The notes beneath the pieces are model-generated. The model did not search any database. It was not told the origin of the DNA and saw only the letters and a list, made by a program, of their open reading frames with translations. Positions 54,446 through 64,000 of a stretch of 64,000 bases of DNA are shown here, in pieces. The stretch lies in NCBI GenBank assembly GCA_963702015.1, contig OY969698.1, forward strand, positions 989,672-1,053,671, in the 5' to 3' direction. Position numbers and translations under genes: made by a program. The first letter of the stretch is position 1; each line of letters starts with the position of its first letter. The stretch comes from an uncultured Planctomycetaceae bacterium. Lineage in GTDB: Bacteria > Planctomycetota > Planctomycetia > Pirellulales > PALSA-1355.

Positions 54446-55786
54446 ATGAGTTCGAGAATCCTGGATACGCGACGCGGTTTCTTCAAGACGACGGCCGCAC
54501 TTGGCGTCGGCTATTGGGTTGCCGGGTCTGCGCATGGCGAAGATGCCACGCCGGCGGCGGCGCCGGCCGATTCGCCGTCGGAGAAAGTGCGATTTGCTTG
54601 TATCGGCGTGGGGGGCAAGGGAGAAAGCGATTCGAACGATGCGGGGCGTCTGGGCCAGGTCGTGGCGATTTGCGACGTCGACGACGACCGACTGTCGCAT
54701 GCCGCGCAGCGGTTTCCGAACGCGAAGAAGTTCTATGACTTTCGCGATCTGTTCGACGAAATGTCGGGGCAAATCGACGCCGTCACCGTGAGCACGCCCG
54801 ATCACACTCATGCACCGGCCGCGATCCGCGCCATGAAAGAGGGGAAGGCCGTCTTTTGTCAGAAGCCGCTGTCGCGCAGCATTTGGGAAGCCCGCCGCAT
54901 GGCAGACGTCGCCGCTGAAATGAAAGTCGCCACGCAGATGGGCAATCAAGGAACGGCCGGCAGCGTTCTGCGTCGTTCGGCGGCGATCATACAGGCCGGC
55001 GCGTTAGGGCCGGTGCAAGAGGTTCACGTCTGGACGAATCGGCCCATCTGGCCGCAAGGCGGTTCGCGGCCCGAATCGAAGCCGGTACCCAAGAACTTGC
55101 ATTGGCAAGCGTGGCTCGGGCCGGCACCCAACCGCGAGTACGGCGACGGCTATGCCCCGTTCGCCTGGCGAGGGTGGTGGGATTTTGGGACCGGCGCGCT
55201 GGGCGACATGGGCTGCCACACGATGAACATGCCGTTCATGGCGCTCGACCTGCGCGATCCGGTGTCGGTGATGGCCGAGACCTCGGGCCACAACAAGGAG
55301 AGCTATCCGAAGTGGTCGATCATTCAGTACGAGTTCGCGGCCACCGACAAGCGGCCGGCCGTCAAAATGACCTGGTATGACGGCGGCAAGCGGCCTCCGT
55401 TGGATCTGCTCGAAGGGGCGGAAATCAGCGGTAGCGGTTCGTTGCTGGTCGGCGAAAAAGGAAAGCTCTATTCGGCCGGGGACAATGGCAGCAGCATGAC
55501 ACTGATTGGCGGCGTCGAGGCGCCCGAAGTCACGTTCCGTGAATCGCCCGGGCATTTCGAAGAGTTCGTGGCGGCCATCAAGGGGGGCGAGCCGGCCATG
55601 TCGAATTTCCCCGGCTACGCAGGCCGGTTGGCCGAAGTGGTGCTGCTGGGCAATCTGGCCGTCTGGGTTGCCGATTCGGGAAGCGGCCGGAAGATCGAGT
55701 GGGATGCCACGAATCTCGCCGCCAAGAACGTCCCCGATTTGGAACTTCTGATCAAGCCCGAGTACCGCCAGGGTTATTCGATCTGA
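54446..55786 (+). CDS. Gfo/Idh/MocA family oxidoreductase with twin-arginine signal (paralog 1)
   Basis: MSSRILDTRRGFFKTTAALGVGYWVAG; FACIGVGGKG; [31 protein letters not shown]. Intact. Confidence 0.85.
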   Translation: MSSRILDTRRGFFKTTAALGVGYWVAGSAHGEDATPAAAPADSPSEKVRFACIGVGGKGESDSNDAGRLGQVVAICDVDDDRLSHAAQRFPNAKKFYDFRDLFDEMSGQIDAVTVSTPDHTHAPAAIRAMKEGKAVFCQKPLSRSIWEARRMADVAAEMKVATQMGNQGTAGSVLRRSAAIIQAGALGPVQEVHVWTNRPIWPQGGSRPESKPVPKNLHWQAWLGPAPNREYGDGYAPFAWRGWWDFGTGALGDMGCHTMNMPFMALDLRDPVSVMAETSGHNKESYPKWSIIQYEFAATDKRPAVKMTWYDGGKRPPLDLLEGAEISGSGSLLVGEKGKLYSAGDNGSSMTLIGGVEAPEVTFRESPGHFEEFVAAIKGGEPAMSNFPGYAGRLAEVVLLGNLAVWVADSGSGRKIEWDATNLAAKNVPDLELLIKPEYRQGYSI

Positions 55787-55953
55787 CGAGCGGAGCCGAT
55801 CGTTCGGCGCGTCCGGTCCGCCGGGTCTAGCGACACAGCGCTCCCCGGGTGTTTTTTGAGCGGAAAACCACGCCGCATTGTGCCGGCCGATCGGTCTGCC
55901 GGCGGAGAGCCGTGCCGGGTTCCGCCGGCGGCCTGGCGAGATGAGGCGAAATG

Positions 55954-55982
55954 TTGCTTGTCGCCCGAGCCCAGGTTATCGT
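55954..55982 (+). promoter_or_regulatory. Candidate promoter TTGCTT-N17-TATCGT upstream of paralog 2
   Basis: Same hexamers and spacing as 54352-54380. Confidence 0.4.
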
Positions 55983-56043
55983 TAGACACGGCCCCACCCG
56001 GACGAATCTGCCCACCTTCGCCACCCCCAAGGAGTGTTGAGTC

Positions 56044-57383
56044 ATGAGTTCGAGTTTTAAGGATACGCGGCGCGGTTTCTTCAAGACGACGGCGGCGCTC
56101 GGCGTCGGCTACTGGGTTGCCGGCCGGGCGAATGCCGATGACGCCCCGACTGCGGCGACGCCGGCCGTTGCGACACCGAACAAGGTGAACTTCGCCTGCA
56201 TCGGCGTAGGTGGTAAAGGAGATAGCGACTCGAAAGATGCCGCACGCTTGGCCAACATCGTGGCGATCTGCGACGTCGATGAAGACCGATTGGCCGCTGC
56301 CGCGCAGCGATTTCCGAACGCGAAGAAGTTTTACGATTTTCGCGAACTGTTCGACGAGATGTCAGGGCAAATCGACGCCGTCACGGTGAGCACGCCCGAT
56401 CACACCCATGCACCGGCCGCGATTCGCGCCATGAAAGAGGGAAAGGCGGTTTATTGCCAGAAGCCGCTGACACACAGCATTTGGGAAGCCCGCCGCATGG
56501 GCGAGGTCGCCCGCGAGACAAAAGTGGTCACGCAGATGGGCAATCAGGGAACTTCCCTCAGCGGACTGCGTCGTTCGGCGGCGATCGTGCAAGCCGGGCG
56601 CTGGGCCCGGTGCGCGAGGTTCACGTCTGGACGAATCGGCCCATCTGGCCGCAAGGCGGATCGCGGCCCGAACCGAAGCCGGTGCCGAAGAACTTGCATT
56701 GGAATACCTGGCTGGGCCCCGCCCCCAAGCGCGAGTACGGCGACGGTTATGCCCCGTTTGCCTGGCGAGGGTGGTGGGATTTTGGGACCGGCGCGCTGGG
56801 CGACATGGCCTGTCACACGATGAACATGCCGTTCATGGCGCTCGACCTGCGCGATCCGGTGTCGGTGATGGCTGAGACCTCGGGCCACAACAAGGAGAGC
56901 TATCCGAAGTGGTCGATCATTCAGTACGAGTTCGCGGCCACCGACAAGCGGCCGGCCGTCAAAATGACCTGGTATGACGGCGGCAAGCGGCCTCCGTTGG
57001 ATCTGCTCGAAGGGGCGGAAATCAGCGGTAGCGGTTCGTTGCTGGTCGGCGAAAAAGGAAAGCTCTATTCGGCCGACGACTATGGCGCCACCATGAAGCT
57101 CCTCGGCGGCATCGAGACCCCTGAAGTCCAGTACCGCCAATCGCCTGGACATATGGAAGAATTCGTGGCAGCGATCGAAGGGGGCGACCCGACCGTCTCG
57201 AACTTCGCCGATTACGCCGGACCCTTGACCGAAATGGTGCTGTTGGGCAACCTGGCGGTATGGGCCGCCGACTCGGGGAGCAGCCCGAAACTCGAATGGG
57301 ATGCCAAGAATCTTTCGGCCAAGGTTTCGCCCTATTTGGAACGCCTGATCAAGCCCGAATACCGTCAGGGTTATTCGATCTGA
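56044..57383 (+). pseudogene. Gfo/Idh/MocA family oxidoreductase with twin-arginine signal (paralog 2; one frame break at G-run 56596-56598)
   Basis: MSSSFKDTRRGFFKTTAALGVGYWVAG... It is collinear with paralog 1 throughout. The break is explained by one missing G relative to the paralog-1 reading (..QAGALGPV..). Confidence 0.85.
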
Positions 57384-57581
57384 CCGGCGGAATGAATCGA
57401 ACGGCGCACGGTCGCGGCGGGTGAATTTGCGGGCGACAATGCGCCCGCTTCGGTTTCATCCGGCCACGAGTTCGGGCGGTGGCCGGCCGATGGATGCATC
57501 GGTGCGCCTCGTGCTCGGGGCGCGGTGGCCCAGACAACAGAAGTTCGTCTTAAAGTTCACCCCAATCGTAGGAAAGTCGTC

Positions 57582-58856
57582 ATGCGCGTTGGTCGGTTGG
57601 CTGTGCTGCGTGGTTGCATGGTTCTCGTCACTGCGGCTCTCGTCGCCCAAATCTTCGGCGGCGCAGGATCGGTTCGCGCCGACGTGGCCGAGAACATTGC
57701 GCGATTCGAGAAGGCCCGCGGCGTGGTGACCAAGGATGATCAAGGCACCGTAGTCGGCATCAATCTGGCGCGTGCGGAGGTGTCCGACGCCGATTTGGAG
57801 CGACTGGCCAGTTTCCCGCATTTGACGCGTTTGGAATTGTGGGGGGCCGAAATATCGGACCGCGGCATGGACAGCGTGGCCAAGCTGGTCGAACTGACGA
57901 ATCTGTCGTTGGAAAACACGGACATCACCGACGCCGGCCTGGCCAAGCTCAAACCGCTCGCGCAATTGCGCGTGCTCGATTTGCGCCGCTGCTCCAATCT
58001 GACCGACGACGCGCTGGCCCAGCTAACCGCCCTTGCCAACCTGGAGCAGCTCCTGCTGCTCTATAACAACTTTTCCGATGCCGGCCTGGACAAATTGGCG
58101 GGCCTGGACAAGCTGAAGGTGCTCGATCTGCGCGGCTGCGTGAGGATCACCGACGCCGGACTGCCCGCCCTAAAAAAACTGCCCAATCTACAGCGACTGA
58201 AATTGCGCAACTCGCCGATCACCGACGAAGGACTGAAAACCATCGGCGAGATCAAAACGCTGAAGGGGGTCGCTCTCGAGGATGCCGCCATCAGCGATGC
58301 CGGACTGGAACATCTCAAATCGCTCGCCGGGCTCGACGAACTTTACCTGATGCGCGACAGCATCACCGACGCCGGGCTGGCTCATCTCGCCGGCTTCGGC
58401 CAGCTCAAACGGCTCGAGCTGCGCGGCACGCAACTGGAAGGTCCGGGCCTGGCTCACTTGAAAACTCTCGGCAAACTCACGGTTCTCGACGTGGCGGAAA
58501 CTCAGGTGAACGACACCGGGCTGGCCGCGATCAAGGATCTGGCCACCTTGGAACGGCTCGATCTTTGGTTCACGCGCGTCACCGACGCCGGATTGGCATC
58601 ACTCGCCGGACTCAAGAACCTGAAATTCCTCAGCCTCGAAAGCACCAAGGTCACCGACGCCGGACTGGTCAATCTGGAACCGCTGGCCAACCTGGAAACG
58701 CTCAGCCTGGCGACGACCGCGATCACGGACGCCGGCCTCGACCATCTGGCCGGTCTCGGGCGGCTGAGCGAGCTCGACCTGAGCTTTACGAAAACGACGG
58801 CTGCTGGAGCGAAGAAGTTCCAGGCCGCCCACCCGAACTGCAAGATTACGCGCTAG
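57582..58856 (+). CDS. Leucine-rich-repeat protein (RNI-like ~24-aa LRRs) with signal peptide
   Basis: MRVGRLAVLRGCMVLVTAALVAQIFG, then about 15 repeats of L..L..L.L..T.(I/V)TDAGL..L. Confidence 0.8.
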   Translation: MRVGRLAVLRGCMVLVTAALVAQIFGGAGSVRADVAENIARFEKARGVVTKDDQGTVVGINLARAEVSDADLERLASFPHLTRLELWGAEISDRGMDSVAKLVELTNLSLENTDITDAGLAKLKPLAQLRVLDLRRCSNLTDDALAQLTALANLEQLLLLYNNFSDAGLDKLAGLDKLKVLDLRGCVRITDAGLPALKKLPNLQRLKLRNSPITDEGLKTIGEIKTLKGVALEDAAISDAGLEHLKSLAGLDELYLMRDSITDAGLAHLAGFGQLKRLELRGTQLEGPGLAHLKTLGKLTVLDVAETQVNDTGLAAIKDLATLERLDLWFTRVTDAGLASLAGLKNLKFLSLESTKVTDAGLVNLEPLANLETLSLATTAITDAGLDHLAGLGRLSELDLSFTKTTAAGAKKFQAAHPNCKITR

Positions 58857-58907
58857 TGACGCATGGCTTGCATTGGTCCACCCGCACCGCACGATCGCGC
58901 GAGCGGC

Positions 58908-59171
58908 TCAACTGCCTAAGCCGGCACCTTGCAATTGGGTGTTATTGGTGGACCAAAGCTGTTGGGTGTTGGATCCCAGCAGCTTGATCGAAACCAGTAT
59001 GACCCCCAGAATCAAGGCCAGCATCACGGCATACTCGACCGAAGTTACAGCCGCATCGTCTCGCCACAATCGCCGGAGCGACCGGCGACTTTTGCACGTC
59101 AGGATTCCCGGACGCCGCACGACGGTCTGCCCGGACTCGGTTCGATCTGTACCCATCGTGCGCACCATCAA
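58908..59171 (-). CDS. Flp/Fap family type IVb pilin (start uncertain)
   Basis: ..LRRLWRDDAAVTSVEYAVMLALILGVILVSI.. is the Flp prepilin motif (G/A-x-T/S-x-(I/V)-E-Y plus hydrophobic helix). The N-terminus of the 87-aa ORF is probably too long. Confidence 0.7.
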   Translation of the reverse strand: MMVRTMGTDRTESGQTVVRRPGILTCKSRRSLRRLWRDDAAVTSVEYAVMLALILGVILVSIKLLGSNTQQLWSTNNTQLQGAGLGS

Positions 59172-59423
59172 CTAGGGTGGCCCAGCGCGAAAGCGCGCGG
59201 TGACGTGATCTCGGTTCTGAAGTGATGAACAGGCTGGCACGAGCTGCCCGGAGACGTTCGCGCCGGCGACACGCGAGGCATCCGTGCCTGTAAAATGCTT
59301 GGACGGGTTTGGAAGGGAGCCGTTCGCACGAAACGACTCCTCTCCAATCCGAACAATAGCTCACCAGCGGAAGATGTCAAATCGGTAAGGTTTGGCGAAG
59401 AAACCGCCTCAACCCAGCCGCGA

Positions 59424-59486
59424 TGGAACGCGATCGTCGCTCTAGGGAACGGGATCGTCGCTTTAGGGAACGCGATCGTCGATTCC
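59424..59486. repeat. 21-bp tandem repeat x3 (GGGAACGSGATCGTCGCTYTA) spanning the 3' end of the kinase-like gene
   Basis: Units at about 59424-59444, 59445-59465 and 59466-59486. On the minus strand they read ..IDDRVP* / SDDPVP* / SDDRVP. Confidence 0.8.
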
Positions 59487-61918
59487 CGGTGGCTCGCTCG
59501 ACTGCAATGCCGCTTGCCAGCGGACGGTGAGGGAGTCGGCGGAGACCGTCAGCGACTCGCCGGCAAACCCGACCTGGCTGCGGACCAGTCCGGCGACGGT
59601 CAAGTCCTCATCGGCGATCGGATCGAGAGGGGCGTCACCGAATCGGCAGGCGGCGATCGTAGTTTCAGGCGTCACCAATGAACCTTGGCCTTGCCACTCC
59701 AGGGCCGCCAAGAACGGCTCGGGCGCGGCGGGTCCGGCAAACAAGACCAGCGGCTCGCCGCGTCGCGGCGCCAGCGTGCTTTCTTGTGCCGTGATCGTCA
59801 GTTGACCCACGGCCGCGGGAAGTTCTTCGTAGTCGATACGGACCAGTGGGCCGGTCTCGCGGGCCGTGACGTGGATCAACCACACCTCGCAAACTTCGTC
59901 GCCTCGCGGCGCGCGCACCAGCCGAGCCACCGATCCGCAGCCGACCAGCAATGTATTGGTCAATTCCAGCGTGGCGCGCTGGGCCGTAGGGCATTGCACC
60001 GCGGTGGCAAATCCACGGATCGTGCAACCATCAAGCGTTAGACGTCCTTGCCAATCGGCGGCTGCGCGCGTGCTGCGCGGCGGCCCACGCCAGGCAATCG
60101 CCGTGGCCAGGCTGACCACGGGTGCACTGGCTTCGAACGTGCAATGGCGGAACGTTGCGCGCCCCGCCGCGAGCGAAAAAATCGCCGCGCCGGCGGATAC
60201 CGAAGCGGGCGATGGATCGAGAATGAAATCGATATTCTCGAACGAAACATCTTCCACGGCGAGCACGGCGGGCCGGCCTCTCACCACCACTCGCGGCACG
60301 ACGGCCTGCGGCCGCGCGGACGGTTTGACCGGCGCGGAACGATCCGATCGAGTTCGATCGGCCGGTCGGCCGGCAGCACCAGCGGCGGCGCGGCATCGGC
60401 TGCCCAGTAGGCGACCGGACGTTCGGCTGATTTGGCCGGCGGATCGGCGTGATGCGAGCGATCGCGATCGGCCGCGCGGCGCGCGGCCAGAGCGGCCTTA
60501 CGCGCCGCCGGGTCGCCGTCGCCATCGCTCCCGCGGTTGGGCGACGCCGCGGTGGTTCGTGACGTCTGCGATCCTCCGCGAGCAGCAACTTGCGACGATG
60601 CCGGCCGGCGAAACCAATCGCCCCGCCGCCAGGCTAGCGAGCTGATCATGGCCAATATGACAACCGCCACCACCAAATGAGCCGTGGAGAGAAGTTCGCG
60701 ACGCCGTGGTCGGGCCGGCTGCGAGCCAAGGACTGATCGCACCCGCTTCCGCTGATCCAGACAGTTGGTCAGCCCGGCCACTCCGCGACGCGTCGACGGA
60801 CCGACCAAACTGGCCAAATCGGTAAAACTGGCGGGCCGAGCGGCCGGATCGCGCGCCAGGCAACCGGCGATCGCACGCCAGAGCGGCTCGGGTGTGTCGG
60901 GCGCCAAGTGGCGAATGTCGGGAACCCGAGCGGCGTGTGCCGCTTGCAGTCGGGCAAGACTATTGCCGCCGGCCAACGGCGAACGCCCAGCCAGCAGTTG
61001 CCACCAGAGGCAACCACAGGCGTAAATGTCACTGGCGATCGTTGGACGCGAGCCGGTGGCAACCCGTTCCGGTGCCAATGTCTCGTAAGCTTCTGGGGCC
61101 AGGTCAGCCAACGCATAACCTTCGGCCGGCCGGACGATCGATCGCAATCCGGGATGGACCAAAAACGCGTCGCCCCTTTCCGGGCACATCAGCGACGCCG
61201 CACGCAGGTCGCCGTGCACCAGGCCGACCGCTTCCGCGTCGGCCAATACCGCCACCATCCTCTGCGCCAGGTGCAGCACCACGCGCGGAGGGAAACGGCC
61301 ACTGTCGATCATCCACTCGGCGGCCGATCGCACCGGGCGCCGGGGTGAAGGCGATCGGCGTCCGGACACCGGGCGCTGCGTGGCGTCGGGCTCAAGGGCC
61401 GAGGCCGCCCATAGCCGTCCCTGGTCATCGCCACTCAACTCTAGGGTGAGCAGCCCGCCACTGGCGACACGCGCGGACCGGACAATCAATTCTTCGAGTT
61501 CGGCGAGTAAGATATGCGGTTCGCGGTAAGCCCGGCCGAGCAGGTAGACGCGGGCAGTATTCTGCGATTCGAGGTGCCGGCCTTCAAAACAATCGGCGAA
61601 GCCCAGCGCGTCGAGTTGCCTGACGAGGACGTAGGGGCCGATGGCCAGGTGATCGCCGCGACCGGCGTTGATCTGAGCTGCCTGATAAGGACTGAGCAGG
61701 CGTGCTTGAGCCAAGGCATCGACCCACACCGAGTCCAACGGCGGAAGATCGCCAGCCAGTCGGCGCACCTGGGCGGCCTGGCTTTGCACCTGGCCAGGCG
61801 TTGCCAACCGCAAACGGGCGAGAAGCTGGAGCAGCGGTTCGGACGGATGATCGTTCAAGGCTCGGGTCCCGGGTCGGTGCGGCCAGGTCCCCCCCGGTGC
61901 GAAAAGTGTCTGCGTCAC
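59463..61918 (-). pseudogene. Ser/Thr protein-kinase-like membrane protein, predicted pseudokinase, with C-terminal extracytoplasmic beta-rich domain (one frame break near 60320)
   Basis: Kinase C-lobe is clear: LVHGDLRAASL, APE in YETLAPERV, SDIYACGCLWWQLLAGRSP, CLARDPAARP. No GxGxxG loop, VAIK Lys or DFG motif is seen. TM helix LVVAVVILAMISSLAW. The C-terminal 280 aa are in ORF 59463..60299. Confidence 0.65.
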
Positions 61919-62496
61919 GGGCGCAGGGGCAACGGGGGCGGTCGAAGCGGACTCGCGCCGCCGAGCTTGCTATCAAAATCGGCAAAAACGGGCAAGACCG
62001 GTTGCGTTGAGCCGAGAATCGGCGAGCGCAAAGGCAACAGCCGGCCCCGATCCCGCGGCCGTACCGGCGTCGTTCGACGACGAACCATTCTTGCGCGCGT
62101 TGTCCCCGTTTTTTTGCTTGGTCGTTCGCCGAAAAGCAATAAACGCTCGGGATCGGCGCGAATGAAGTGGAGGTGCGGGGGCGAGTCCATGGCCGGAATG
62201 CGGCCCTTGCTTTCGCTCGGCGAGCGTCTGATTTAAGATGGATGGACTCGGAACAGTTCGGTCACGTCCGGTCGGTCGTGCCTGCTCAATCGTCCCGGAC
62301 GGGACACCATGACCCAGTAGATGTATTTCTCTTGAGGAGAGTCGTGCATGGTAGATCGTTTGTTAGGCGTCCTGCGCCCATGGCATTTGGGACTGGCGGT
62401 GGCGCTTCTGTTAGCGACGATGGCGGCCCAGGGGGTGACGTCGAGCGCTAGGCCGCCGAGGAAGGGGACGAGCAAGCCCAAGGGCAGGTTGCGCCG

Positions 62497-63180
62497 GTGG
62501 AGCAGGAAAACGCCCTGGTGTGGATCGCCAAGACGTCGGGCTTTATCGGCGCGGTACTGCTGGGGCTCAGCATTTATTTCGTTTCGACCGTTTGTCGCAT
62601 GTTCATCGAACTGCGGCCGGTCGTGGTGGCGCCTCCGGAAATCGTCACCGAATGCCAGGAGCTGCTCGAAAAGCGGCAGTTCAAAGAAATCTACAATGTC
62701 GTGAAAGACGACTCGTCGTTTTTCAGCCGTGTGCTGTCGACCGGCATCGCCGAACTGCCTAACGGGCTGGCCGAAGCCCGCGAATCAATGGAACGGGTGG
62801 GCGAAGCGTTGACCGTTGACATGGAAAAGAAGATCAGCATGCTGGCCGTGCTGGGCACGCTTGGCCCGATGATCGGCCTGTTGGGAACGTTGAAGGGGAT
62901 GATCGCCAGTTTCAGCGTGATTGCCCGCAGCGATCAGATGCTGAAGGCCAGCGAAGTGGCCGGGGGAATCTCCGAAGCGTTGCTGTTGACCTTCGAAGGT
63001 GTGGCACTGTCGGTTCCGGCAATTTACTTTTTCGCGCTTTTTCGCAACCGTGTCTCGACGCTTTCGGTCACGACGCTGCTGGAGTGTGACGAATTCCTGC
63101 GGCACTTTGCCCATGCCGCCCGCAGCAAGACGCCGCCAGCCGGCGCCGCCACGGCGCCGCCGAAACCGGCGAAAGCTTAG
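62497..63180 (+). CDS. MotA/TolQ/ExbB proton-channel family protein
   Basis: GFIGAVLLGLSIYFV (TM1), LAVLGTLGPMIGLLGTLKGMI, GGISEALLLTFEGVALSVPAIYFFALF. ORF 62348..62704 (signal-peptide-like MVDRLLGVLRPWHLGLAVALLLATMAAQG) may be an N-terminal extension separated by a frame break near 62495. Confidence 0.8.
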   Translation: MEQENALVWIAKTSGFIGAVLLGLSIYFVSTVCRMFIELRPVVVAPPEIVTECQELLEKRQFKEIYNVVKDDSSFFSRVLSTGIAELPNGLAEARESMERVGEALTVDMEKKISMLAVLGTLGPMIGLLGTLKGMIASFSVIARSDQMLKASEVAGGISEALLLTFEGVALSVPAIYFFALFRNRVSTLSVTTLLECDEFLRHFAHAARSKTPPAGAATAPPKPAKA

Positions 63181-63207
63181 CCGCTCGAGGTTCGGGGAGT
63201 TCGCGCC

Positions 63208-63675
63208 ATGTCCGGGTCTGTTTCAACCGAAGCCAGTGCCGAACCGAATCTGACGCCAATGCTGGACATGGTGTTCCAGCTCGTCACGTTTTTCATGCTG
63301 GTCATGAACTTCAAGGCGGCGTCGATGGACCTCACGCTCAAGCTGCCGGTCGTCGGCTCGGCGAAAATGGTCGACACGAAGGGGACCGTCGATTTGCTCG
63401 TGTTGAACGTCGATGCGGAAGGCCGTTTGCGCGTCTATGGACAGGAAAAGAAAGATATCCAGCGCTATTTGCAGACCGAGGCCATGACCAGCTTGCTTGT
63501 GGCGCGGCATAAGAATCCCGAGCTCAAATTGGGAGACGAGCTGCCGTCGATCGTCGTGATTCGGGCCGACAAGGCCACGCCGTTCCGCTTGCTCAATCGC
63601 GTCATCGGCACTTGCCAGGAATTTGGATTTCGTAATTTCGCTCTCAAGGCCATGAACAAAGCCGAAGGGGGCTAG
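63208..63675 (+). CDS. ExbD/TolR family biopolymer transport protein
   Basis: EPNLTPMLDMVFQLVTFFMLVMNF ... IVVIRADKATPFRLLNRVIGTCQEFGF. Confidence 0.8.
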   Translation: MSGSVSTEASAEPNLTPMLDMVFQLVTFFMLVMNFKAASMDLTLKLPVVGSAKMVDTKGTVDLLVLNVDAEGRLRVYGQEKKDIQRYLQTEAMTSLLVARHKNPELKLGDELPSIVVIRADKATPFRLLNRVIGTCQEFGFRNFALKAMNKAEGG

Positions 63676-63729
63676 CCGGGATTCTCCCGGCGGAAAACTA
63701 CCACCAGGCGCCAGACGAAAAGATCGACG

Positions 63730-64000
63730 ATGCGGCGGAAAAAGAAACGCGGGAAGGAAGAGGTCGAACTGAATCTGGCCGCCATGCTCGACATGGCGTT
63801 TCAGTTGCTCACGTTCTTCATCCTCACCTTCAAACCGTCGCCGATCGAAGGCCAGATCACGCTCCGCATGCCGCCGCCGCAGTCGATTACGCCGGTGGCT
63901 GGCGGCCAGGAAGCCGGCAAAGACGCCAAAAACACCGATCCGCTCAAGGGGCTCAAAACCCTCGTGATCACCGTGCTGCCCAACGCCGAAGGGGGGATCG
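63730..64000 (+). CDS. Second ExbD/TolR family protein, N-terminal part (runs off the window)
   Basis: ATG at 63730: [38 protein letters not shown]... The frame is open to position 64000. Confidence 0.7.
   Translation, partial: MRRKKKRGKEEVELNLAAMLDMAFQLLTFFILTFKPSPIEGQITLRMPPPQSITPVAGGQEAGKDAKNTDPLKGLKTLVITVLPNAEGGI

Overview
This is a GC-rich bacterial chromosomal segment (GC judged by eye, not computed). The gene content points to Planctomycetota, probably Pirellulales-like, by inference only: a DUF1501 plus DUF1549/DUF1553 pair, a giant 'membrane-bound dehydrogenase + CxxCH' protein, TAT-signal Gfo/Idh/MocA paralogs, a PEP-CTERM protein, a giant repeat protein with an N-terminal ..ESLEDRRML.. 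motif, a Flp pilin and a secretin.

Gene order:
- 1-12.7 kb: secretin 3' end, putA (minus), multidomain dehydrogenase/cytochrome c, a broken membrane protein, motA-motB, modA.
- 12.7-21.2 kb: modC remnant, then an 8.05-kb integrated element (13017-21101) bounded by 16-bp direct repeats and abutting tRNA-Leu(GAG).
- 21.3-26.9 kb: GAF/PP2C phosphatase, ilvB, sat.
- 27.5-33.8 kb: a ~2100-aa surface protein built from ~576-bp tandem repeats.
- 34-43 kb: an untranslatable ~0.9-kb gap with three TCACCA-N3-TGGTGA palindromes, then PEP-CTERM protein, receiver-like protein, C25 peptidase, rhomboid, coiled-coil membrane protein, divergent PGK-family protein.
- 43-53 kb: RmlD-like reductase, LptF/G-type permease, MATE, DUF1501, DUF1549/1553, ABC exporter.
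- 53.6-64 kb: Cys/Gly/Gln-rich secreted protein, two tandem Gfo/Idh/MocA oxidoreductases, LRR protein, Flp pilin, predicted pseudokinase, ExbB plus two ExbD.

Main caveat: dozens of conserved genes can only be read by hopping between frames. The breaks are densest in 0.5-21 kb and absent in about 39-45.7 kb. Where an in-window sister copy exists, the break is a 1-nt deletion in a short homopolymer. I therefore think most are sequencing or assembly indels, but I label these genes pseudogene as read.

I found no CRISPR array, no rRNA and no recognisable defence system. The best candidate for something undescribed is the small tRNA-Leu-associated integrative element, which carries a large serine recombinase. 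Secondary leads are the Cys-rich protein, the adhesin cassette flanked by twin hairpins, and the palindrome-bearing leader of the PEP-CTERM locus. All functional calls rest on my recognition of motifs in the translations; no database search was run.
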